Shown here in pieces: positions 52,545-64,000 of a DNA stretch of 64,000 bases. How positions within the stretch are numbered: the first letter of the stretch is position 1; every line of letters begins with the position of its first letter. The notes under the pieces were generated by a model. It was given only the letters and a program-made list of their open reading frames with translations, was not told the DNA's origin and searched no databases. The DNA is taken from assembly GCA_951406725.2 (NCBI GenBank), contig OX597821.1:61132001-61196000 (forward strand), in the 5' to 3' direction. This stretch comes from Octopus vulgaris. Lineage: Eukaryota. A program made the position numbers and the translations under genes.

Positions 52545-55030
52545 ATAATAATAATAAGGTAGTTCCAGTGTAAAATTTACCTCAAGACTACAAAATTTGT
52601 ACCATGATGTAGGATTTAAGTGTGTTACATGAGAAGGTAGTCATTGACATTGGTTGGCAATCCTCATAGAATTGGTGTCTCGATAAAATAGTGGTGACTG
52701 TGTAATATTAAAACATTAACCTCATTATGAATGGAGATTCCAGATAATGAGATTACCAATAACCCCGAACGGCAATTAAATCCTTTTGAATCACGTGCCT
52801 GTCGCCACGTAAATAGTTCAGAGCAAGTCCCTATCGGTCATCACCCTGTTATTACGAGTTCCCTAGTTTATGCAAAAGAAAATATCTAACGACTACACTA
52901 GTGCAGTGTGTTAATGAGCGAGAAAAAAAAGAGAGAGAAACCAGTTGAAACTACTTAGGCGAAAGAAGTAAATGTAGTAATGAAAGTTTATGAGCGAATC
53001 TAATAAAATAGGGTATAAACATAGAATGTTAGCAATTTAATACGAGATATCTATGTATTGCACCTGGAGTTAGGAGAAATTAAAGAGGAAATTAAAAGTC
53101 CAAAGAGGACAACGGTAAAGATGAGTATAATGGGAGGAAAGAAAAAAATATATACAGAGAAAGTGATACAGTAGTTAGTGAAAGAAACTGTCGAGTTGGA
53201 TAGAAGAAAAAGGAAGTTGGGAATGTGACATCATAGGTGAAGTGACAAGGAAATAGAATTAATGGGCAAGATATTAGAGCAACTTGAAAAAAATTATAAT
53301 CAAAAGCCTTCCAAGCTTAAAGAGAATGACAGGGACTCTACAAAAAAGAAACAAAAAAACTGACAATATTATAAGATATGCGTGACTTACTTCTTCCCGG
53401 CCATAAATATCTAGTCGAGGCTGCAGCAGGAGTAGTTCTAAAAAAAGGTCGGCTACAAGACAGGTAAAGTGAGAACGAACAGTCAAATAACTTGGTGGAA
53501 AAAAAAAAACGGAGAGAAGAAGAAGTCAGAAACATGAGAGGAGAGGTGAGTCAATGATAGCTCCTTGAAGAAAATGAACTAAGGAAATAATTATTAAAAC
53601 ACTATAAAGAAAATATAATGTGAGAAAAGTAAATGTCGTAATGGAAGAACTGATGCAAAGAGAGGCAAAAAAAAGTAGCTAAGATAAAGCTATATGAGAA
53701 TAGAATAGACCAGCTTCAGCAAAGCAGGTAGTTTCAAAGTAATCAGGAGACACTGTTTGAAAATTGGAGGAAGTGGAAAGCCATAACGGTGAAGAACTTG
53801 AGAAAAGGAGAAAGTTATCTACTTCTTCTACCGTCGCCACTATTTAGTGATGGATTTCTTCCTCTATTTTGTTACTCTAAAAAAATGTTCTAGTTTTAGA
53901 CAGACGAGAATGTTTCAGGCTGAACAAGATCAATACAAGCAGGCAAGTACTGATTAAATTATTATATAAATGTCTCCAGAGTGGAAGTATTTCAAGTTAG
54001 ATAATTATGGGTAAGAAAGTCCTTATGAAAAAGCTAGTTGAAAGATGTTACTATCTGAAACTACAGATCTGTAACTTACTTTCCACTACTATGGGGACTG
54101 AAAATAAATTGGCGTAAATAACATCTATGTACTTTTAGAGGAACACAACCACCTGCCTAACAGCTACAAACACTATTAGAGAAAATAAAGGAGAAAAGAC
54201 CAGCTAATAATTGTCAAAATGATTATAAGATACAGCAAGACGCATTAATTTTGACATGAGATAGATCGCCTCCAAAAATAAAGCATACAACACGTTTCTT
54301 CTATGTTGGAAACTGAAGACAATCAACACAGATAAGAATTCTAATAACAAAACTATTAGCAGCAGTATAGCCTCTTTGAACAGTAAAATGTAATCGGGTA
54401 CCTTCCAAGTTGCTAGTTTGACATCTTTACTCTTTATTTTGGCTATCTCACCCTCCCTAGAAGTAAAATTGGAAAGCTGGATATAACTAAGAAAATGATC
54501 GGGGTTAGTTAACCATTTGTTATTCGTGGATGGACTAGAGCTATATGTCGAGACTAAGAGCGAACTATACAACCCTGACAATACAGTGACTAATTATTTG
54601 TGACAATAGAGTAGAATTTGGTATTTTCAGATGTACAATATTTATGATGAAGAAATGGAAATATAACATTTACGGAATAAACAAAGATAAGATACAAAAG
54701 ACTGAATCAAATCATTGGTATAAATTACTGTGAATCTTGGAAGCTGATTCTATAAAGGGAAGAACAGTGAAAGACAAAGCCAGAAAAAATATTTTCGAAG
54801 GGAAATGAAAATATTAAAAACTCAACTCAGTGGTATAAACGCTATTACTACTACAATCACCATCAGGCACAGTGCCTGAATAGTCAAAGGCATAAAGATA
54901 GATATTGAGAAAGAAGCTGGAAAAACATGGAAATTGTCCAGCTGCTTTACACCCACAGATAGACGTTGACAGATTGCATTTCAAAAGGAAAGATAGAAAA
55001 GGAGCTTTTGATAAGCAGCAAGAGGAAAAA
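52545..55030 (+). mobile_element. Old, heavily decayed near-full-length R4/Dong-like element
   Basis: Motif remnants in correct order: GYKHRM (~53010), NYRSVTYFPLLW (~54060; NYRPITCLPLLW), NHLLFVDGLELY (~54510), ILEAD (~54735) and ALHPQIDVDRL (~54945). Preceded by (TAA)4. Confidence 0.7.
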
Positions 55031-55185
55031 AAATGAAAGAAAAGGTGGGGCTGGCGGAATTTGAACTTAGAAAATAAAATACCGATAAGAATGCTACAAA
55101 GCATTTTTATCCGATACCATAACTCTTACTTCTGCATTCGCTCAAATTATGACCATTAATGATGATGATAAAGATGCTTAAAATA

Positions 55186-55385
55186 AGGCGGCGAGCTGAC
55201 AGAATCGTTAGTACGCCGGGCAAAATGCTTAGTGGCATTTCGTCCGTCTTCTCGTTCTGTGTTCAAATTCCGTCTTTCATCCTATCGGGGTCGATAAAAT
55301 AAGTACCAGTTGAACACTGGAGTCGACATAAGCGATTTATTCCCAACCTAAAATTGCTGGCCCTGTGCCAAAATTTGAAATCAAT
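55186..55385 (+). mobile_element. SINE family B copy
   Basis: AGGCGGCGAGCTGACAGAATCGTTAG...CGGGGTCGATAAAATAAGTACCAG...GTGCCAAAATTTGAAA. Confidence 0.85.
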
Positions 55386-55819
55386 ATAAATTCTAAATGA
55401 GATAATAATATAAAAAAAACAAAAGTTTCAAAAACCGAATTGAAAGAAAAAGGGAATAATTAATTTAAAGAATGCTGGGCGCGCAAATATAAGGTTGATG
55501 TTGTGATTTTTGGCCTGGACAAGGTAGTGTGTCCTCTAACATGGCACTAGGTTTGATAGCTTTCCAGCTTATTCAGCTGAAAATGAGCTCCAGTGCATGC
55601 GTTGCTTTCTTTTCTTTAAGTTGTCATAACGTTCAAGATTTTTAGTTTTATGAGTGGGAGATCCAAGAGGGTGTCTATATCTGCTTGCAAATACATAGCC
55701 ACCTAAAACAATTTGCGAAAGCATGATAGATGCTGTGAAGTCAGGCTTGCTTGCGAGTGACGGTTGTCTTTTTAAATATAAATCTGTTACAGTTTATCTG
55801 ACTCTACGAAATATATATT

Positions 55820-55945
55820 GGTTCCAAATTTTGGCACAATGCCGACAATTTTGGAGGTGCGGAATTTAAGTCTTTTACATCGAACTTATTTTATCGACCC
55901 CGAAATAATGATAGGCAAAGTCGACTTCGGCCAAAATTTGAAATC
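55820..55945 (-). mobile_element. SINE family B fragment
   Basis: TTTTGGCACAA...TTTTATCGACCCCGAAA...GGCAAAGTCGAC. Confidence 0.7.
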
Positions 55946-58900
55946 AATGTAAATGTATGGATGTTGTACATAAAATACAAAATCAAATCAAGTCTACAAG
56001 AAATTCAACTAATATTCTTTGCTTATCATTGTTTCTTTGGGCTTAAAATTTTCAAATTCTTCTAAATAATGTTCGCAATTCGAGTGGGGTGGGGTGGTGT
56101 TACTAACAGGATAAAGATAAATAATGATAAATATGTAGGGTATTCAATGGTAGGAAAAGTAGAAAGTCTAATAGATTGAATAAAATGTATAGAAATCACT
56201 CAGAAGAAATTAAATGAAAAATTGAAATCTTGCTAAAGTAGTAAGTTAAAGAAATATATTTGATAAACATGTCAATTGGAAGACATGTGACAGGCTGTAA
56301 TATAAGAGCTATGTCGGTTTTGCTTACAAGATACATTGTATTAAAGAAATATTAAAAGAAACACAGTATCCTACGAAAGCATTGAAAATATAATGGATTT
56401 CACCTTCTGCTGAAAATTACTAAAACGAAAAAATCCCATGAACACTTCATGGGATACTTTTTTTTCTTTTGAGTGGTTTCAACCATTTGTAAAATCCCAT
56501 TAACATGATAAATGATAAGTATTCTATGTACAGATATAATGCAAATATCAAATGCAAATATCAGCTTTATATAATAACACAATCGTAGGTAATATCATAA
56601 GAAAGGGTCGATTCAGAATATTATAATTACATAATAAAGTGATATATGACGCAGATAGAGATATTAACATCGATAGAAATGTTTGAATTTTCGCAAATTA
56701 ATGCAGGATGCTGAGAAGTGATTTATGTCAGTAATATAGGAAAATGTTACCGTATCACAAATACTGTATCATAATATCTTTATATTTCCATTCCTCAACA
56801 TTGCAAAATAAATCATCCAATAAAGAATCAATGTCACCGTTACTTTTCTTCTTGACGAAGATTCTTTAGATTACAACATAAACTCAATGGGAAGAAGATA
56901 TACCAAGCAAGTAACAAAAGAGAATTATGTTCTACATGAAGAATATCAATTCCATGATTTATCAGGGATTCAAAAGAAAACTATATTAAAAATCTTAGCT
57001 CTTGTATTTACGATATGCTATGATGCCTATATTAAAGAAATCACAACGTAGTAAGATATTCGTTGAGAAGCAGAATATATAATATAACATATTTCCATAT
57101 GTTTTTTTTTATTGAAAAAATTATATACAACTGATATATAAAAAAGATGAGACTAGATTTACAGAACGTTCGCACTTATCCTACGACTTTATTTAAAATA
57201 TTAACTATGAAAGAGTAAAAGTTTCCTATGACCATTGAGTCTGAAAATATTTAAACATAACGCTGGCTTAAATGTCAGGCCTGAATGCATCCGCAAACAA
57301 TTTCAGTTTCTTTTATTTAAGTAATGCATTATATATTTAGGAACAAAAATGCTATAAATATCTCTACATTTTTCTCAGTCCGATGAGCTGAACGGCAGAA
57401 ATGTTAGATAACAGAATTAAATGCTGATAGGAAATATTAAATTCATTTCTGCATGATCTATTCTCAATTCCTCTTGTGTTGAATTGAATTTTCATTGTCC
57501 TGTAAATTTATGAAAATGAGTATAAATAATGTTCTCCGATCCACTCAGTCGACTTACAGTTCCTCGCAAATTTCAAGTCCTGATACAACGTAAGAATCTG
57601 ATTTATTAAAATTACTCTGATATAGGTACGGCCACGAATTGGGTGAGATTAAAGCCAGTTTAGTCGGCCGCCTTAGTACTTGACTGACACATATTTTATC
57701 AGTCAATGAAAGGAAAAAAACACCGTCAAAGTTCCTGGGATTTTAAGATCTAGTATAAAATAATATCAGTAAATAGCACAGATCTATCAGGAATTTTTTG
57801 GCTCAGTATATGCTGAATGTGGATATAGATTGAAATATCGGAAAGTAAGGCTGGCCAATAACAAAAAATAACTTACTCTATACTCCATGTCTTCTACTCA
57901 TGCCGTGCCCAACCCTCATGTGGTGTCCAACAGCATTAACTACGTTATATAGGTAGCTTTATGGATTTCGTCCCTATTCATGCCATCCCTGCTAGTAGTA
58001 GTAGATTAATCGTATTGATATTAAAAAGCAGTGACGTCATTTGTCTACCGGGCAATACATCTAAGTTCATTGAGACACCGCAAAAACTATTGGCATTTCT
58101 CCTTCATCCAAACCGCACATAAAAAGAAAATAGTACTTGCAAAACTCGATGACGTCAATTTTTGATACAATATTTCTTTTAGTTCTTGTAGAAAAAAAGC
58201 ATTACTTTATAAAAATCTGCGATTTCTGTTCTAGCTAAAGTGAATACATTTCACCAATTTTACTTGTCTAAACGAGGCAAAACTCATCATCACCTTTATT
58301 ATAAATATGTGATATTGTGCATTAGTACGTAATCGATATGCACATAAGAATTTAATTATACTAAATTATATTACTACTCGTTTTAGAGATCCATGTACAT
58401 AATTTGAATACATTTAACTTTAACTGAAATCGTAAAAATCAACCGGGAATCATAACCACCATTCAAAAGAGAGTATGATACAGTATCATGAAACATAACT
58501 TCACTAATCCTTTTAGGTAACTATGTGTAGTTGCGAGCAACTCTTGGACATCCTTACCCGATCAGAAATTGAGGATGACAGCTGTAAGATGAATAGATTG
58601 CACCACGACTAATTAGTATTCATTTTTAGCTGATTAGACTGAAGCAACATAAAATTAAGTGGCAATTATGTCGCGCAGTACCATATGTTATTTACATAAG
58701 TGTTTCGGACTATTCGTAGGCCTACACGTATTGCTGGCTGTAAGGCCTTATAACAAATTTATATTGTTTGTACTCTTGGTGTTATCGCATGCATAACGCA
58801 AACAATAGCAAAAATATCGTTGATGAATTCTCCGACGGACAATGAACTTAATAAAAGGAGCTTCTGATGTTGTTGGTATTGCAGATACCATTGGGCTTGT

Positions 58901-59362
58901 GATGATGATGGACATCGCTGCCTGCAGTTATACTGTATGCAACAATGATGGCATAGCAGCTGGTGTTTTTTCATCACTGTCATAAATATTTTCTGTCCTA
59001 GCTAGGGTGACGTTCGTCACGGCGATGTTAGCGGTCTTTTGAAGCATAACTGTGACGATTTTCGACTACTTCTCTCTGTATTCAGTAACGGCAACATACT
59101 ATATCATCTCTTACAAGATACCATGTGCCTGCTGCCTATTCTATAGCTGTTTAAATTGACACGATGCTTTTTACCCTCAGTATTGTTTTTTTTTTAATTA
59201 CTTTGATGAACGATTAAACGATAATTTTAACATGGAGTCCAAATGACAAATCACTCAACTCGTCCAATTTTCGACTAATTTCCTCAACAGAACAACCGAC
59301 ATGATTAAACAAATACATTCAAGTCGGCAAAAGTCAACTACAGATATTTTACTGAACAACAA

Positions 59363-60333
<971 letters not shown>

Positions 60334-61337
60334 AAAATGTCTATTTTATCTTTCGTCCTTTTCGGCTCTATAAAATAAACTCCTAGTCCAAGAGGGCGGA
60401 TTGGCCAAATTGTTAGAGCGCTGAAGAAAATTATCATGATCTCAATATTTGTATGTGATAATTGAACCGGATCCTTTCCTGTTATCGGTAATGATGTGAC
60501 CTCTTCTGTAGCGATGCGATCGATCAAATTTCTGTGACCGCATTGTGTTTCAGCGATATATCATATTAAACCTACATTGTATATTGTATCGAGATTTTCT
60601 ATTAGGAGATAACTGAATAAGTCGCCTGTTTATTCGAGTAGTTATGTCTGCATATATGTACCCACTACGCATACACACACGCACACATGTATGTATGTAT
60701 GTGTGTATGTATGTATGTATGTATATATGTATGTATGTATGTATGTGTGTATATATATGTATGTGTATGTAAATTTACTTGATACCAAGATTGTAAAGGA
60801 AAGTACCTTGTTTTGTTTATCATCCTTTGAAATTTAAGAAAGACTTGCAGATATATAAATTATGTATATTACAGCGAATTCTTTTTTTCGAAACAGAGAG
60901 TTAGGGGAGTAGGTAATTCTACTTTCTAACCCATTAATAAGTCATTAATTGTAACAGGGGTTTGTTTAAAGAAATACTTCTTTTTGTAAACAAATTTGAA
61001 ATCCTTCCGCCAATATTTATGAGCTTTTAAAAATGTACGTGGCATGATATTGTGTATACATGAGTGAACTTTTCATTTGTAATTCTTAAGTAGTTATATC
61101 AATTTACTTATTAATCAATGATAGTACCAAAGAAGATAACTGTAGTTATATTATCGTCTATATTTATTACAATATCAGTTGCCTAAATGTACTGAATGCA
61201 TAAGGTAAGCGTTTTTAGATGTCTAAAATAAGAATTCGCTGTAATATACATAATTCATATATCTGTAAGACTTTCTTAAAATTCAAAGGATGAGGAACAA
61301 AACGAAGTACTTTCCTTCACAACGTTGCTATCGAGCA

Positions 61338-61408
<71 letters not shown>

Positions 61409-61692
61409 TCACGTACATACATTTGTGCAACTGTATTGCATCATCCCGATACATGCCGAATCTATTGCTGGAAATTTCCAGATGAGTACATTCAAAATGT
61501 ATAGGTCTACAGGACCACCTACCCTTCAGATATTGTACAATGCGATACATACATAAAATGAGTCAGATATGTTAGGTTTCATGATCCACGTTGAAGCACT
61601 GTCAAAAAGTTGATATTTTATTTCTAGATACCAGTATTAAATATGTTACTTTAGTTCTTAACGAATTCTAGATTGTTGGACAGGAGTTTAAA

Positions 61693-62059
61693 AATCCCGT
61701 TCTACTCTAGGCACAAGGCCTAAAAATTTTGCGGAGGGAGCCAGTCGAGAAGATCGACCCAGTACGCAACTGGTATTATATTTATCGACGACCCCGAAAG
61801 GATGAAAGGCAACGTCGACTTTGGCAGAATTTGAATTATAAGACAGATGAAATACATATTTCTTTACTGCCCACAAGGAGCTACACACAGATGGGAAAAA
61901 CAAGGATATACAAACGGATTAAGTCGATTATATCGACCCCGAAAGGATGAAAGGCAAAGTTGGCCTCGGTGGAATTTGAACTCAGAACGTAGCGGCAGAC
62001 GAAATACGACTAAGCATTTCGCCCGGCGTGCTAGCGTTTCTGCCAGCTCGCTGCCTTAA
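61693..62059 (-). mobile_element. SINE family B with duplicated body and 11-bp TSD
   Basis: Reverse complement of the 34216 head. AGGAGTTTAAA lies at 61682-61692 and 62060-62070. Confidence 0.88.
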
Positions 62060-62134
62060 AGGAGTTTAAAGATTGAAACCTAAAAGTAGACAATTTCGGA
62101 AAAGATGTGAAAAAAATGTTAAACTTCGTATACT

Positions 62135-62495
62135 GGTAGAATGTGTTTATAAAACATCTTTTTCTCTTGGCTTTATTGAGAAAATTCTATAGTTTGTAAG
62201 ATAGTTGTTGCTTTTTTTCTTCAATTTCTGCAATTTCAACCAATCACTGACATCTATTGGGGTAAAATACATTCTGTGCCGTATGAATATGTCCCTCGTT
62301 TAAGAAACAGATTGGGTTTCTTTACATTTCTGAAGAAAAAAAGATACCCTTCCACCTCCCCTAAGCCTAACCCTAACTAAAACTAACCCTAAAACAGATT
62401 GAAATGCAATAGATCGATACTAGGGTCATAATTATGAGTGAAAATTTCATATGACACCGCTAGAAAAACTGCCGCTCAAACCGAAAATATCCTCG
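62135..62495. mobile_element. Probable non-autonomous DNA element with internal telomere-like CCTAA(C) units
   Basis: CCCTAAGCCTAACCCTAACTAAAACTAACCCTAAAA at 62359-62394 within a discrete complex block. Family not determined. Confidence 0.35.
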
Positions 62496-62799
62496 TTATT
62501 ATTTAGGAAGCTAACTGCAGTAAAGTTATTTTTATTTTTATTTTTATATTAGTAGCTTTCTTTTAAAAAATCCTATTTGTTTAATATTTAATTGCTAACT
62601 AATCCAATTTAGCTGCATAAACTAAACAACACTTACAGTTAGACAAAATTAACTTCCAGATCCTTAATCTTGATGTATTAGGTTGAAGAGAAAGTTTGGT
62701 CACATTTCACTATTTGACAGAACTCCCTTTCGTCTTAATTGATATAGTTAATTAAGGTTGTATTTTCCCTTATTATTAATAACGCACTATTATATATTT

Positions 62800-63720
62800 G
62801 GGAGATTGTTGATTCTCGGTAGTAAATATCGGGCTTCAAAGCAAAGGATCACCGAATACCATCTTTTAGCTTTTCTCAATTGTTTTTGCAACTAAATAAT
62901 ATTGCAATGAACTGAAAAGATATTAGTCAGAAGTAACAAGGTCAGGAGACTAAGGCTGATGTGACAAAATGTCTACATTTAGAGCCATAACTTTTTCCTG
63001 AGTACCGTTGTTAATATGCGGTGTGCATCAATGTGTGGGAACAACAAATTTCCGTGCGGTGACTCAAACTGGCATCAATAATTCTCCATATTACCCGTCT
63101 CGTTTCTGTTTAACTCTCCCTGATAGGTGACACCTATCATATCCCATCAAACACTTTTTCGGGTGTAGTTCTGGTTTAGATTCTTCATTTTCATTAGGTA
63201 TAGGCCATTGTCGTTTACATTGGAAATGATTATTTGGAACACGCTTTTCATCATTTCTACCGAGGGAAGATGTAACAGCGAGTCTACTCTTCAACGACGA
63301 AGAGAGGCCAACTTTTTCATTAAATTGAGAAGCAGTCAGGTGTCGAGGAACCAACTGACTACGTTTAGATAAGTTTTTCCAAGTTTATGAAAATGTTTTA
63401 TTATCGAAGTGTGTCATGAATTGAAGGGCGTGGTTAATTGTCGAGCAGCTTGTTTGAACTCAACTACGGTGTTTCAGAGGGTCAATATTAACAGACAGTG
63501 GTCGTCTAGATGAAGGCAGAAATGTGTGAGAAATATATCTTGGGTGAAACGGTAAAACCATCGTTAGCATGTCTGGACATTTAAAGTTTCATTTCCATAA
63601 GGAGAATGAATATTTCTTGCCGTTTCCATTGCTGAAGAGCTGCCTTTGAAGAGCTGCTGAATCTGATATAAGCCTTATTTCAACTTATTGTAAAGAGCAA
63701 ACTCAGTACGAATCTACCCG
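62800..63720 (-). mobile_element. Degenerate mariner transposase remnant
   Basis: (W)VPRHLT..., DEKRVPNNHFQCKRQW...KPELHPKK (ORF 63091-63354), and SHQP*SPDLVTSD*YLFSSLQ near 62900-62965 (PHPPYSPDLAPSDYHLF). Confidence 0.82.
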
Positions 63721-64000
63721 CAATAGTATAAAGTATTCTGAAAAAAAACAAAAAACAAAACAAACAAAAACACCCCATTAGAATGTGCGTCTAACGCTTA
63801 TTTTAGCATAAGTATTGCAAATGTGATCATGGCAAAATATTGGCTATAGCACAGGAACATAATATATTTTCCGTTTAGCTATGGCATAGTTTAAGGTAAC
63901 ATGTATTTGGTTTCACTGTTGATAATAATATGCGGATTGTATTAATTTTCATGAATAACGTTAGTAATGAATAGTTATGGGCATAGTGCTTTCGTTTTTG

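Noticed and set aside
62359-62394. Telomere-like CCCTAA units
   Set aside because: Only a few degenerate units inside a discrete block; not a telomere or a convincing fusion site.

Overview
AT-rich, microsatellite-saturated eukaryotic non-coding DNA. The repeat content (tRNA-derived SINE families, R4/Dong and CR1 LINEs, Penelope-type repeats, huge (TA)n/(TAA)n/(CA)n tracts) suggests a cephalopod, probably Octopus; this is inference, not a database match. I find no convincing host protein-coding gene, rRNA, true tRNA or CRISPR array, and most ORF-track entries are translated microsatellites. The only long real ORF is the reverse transcriptase of a nearly complete CR1-like LINE (28505-31574, minus strand) sitting inside a (TA)n tract. 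The window also holds several R4/Dong-type (RLE) retrotransposon copies, two mariner remnants, a Helitron helicase remnant and about 20 SINE copies, several with clear target-site duplications. Most interesting: (1) several minimal hammerhead-ribozyme folds in Penelope-type repeats, one with an intact core, plus hammerhead-shaped folds with non-canonical cores; (2) a co-oriented stack of five retroelements in (TTA)n tracts, including a ~530 bp non-coding element that may be mobilised by R4/Dong; (3) apparent (TA)n targeting by the CR1 family; (4) fold-back palindromes centred on (AT)n, up to ~600 bp; (5) an R4/Dong copy with a twin-priming-like inversion.
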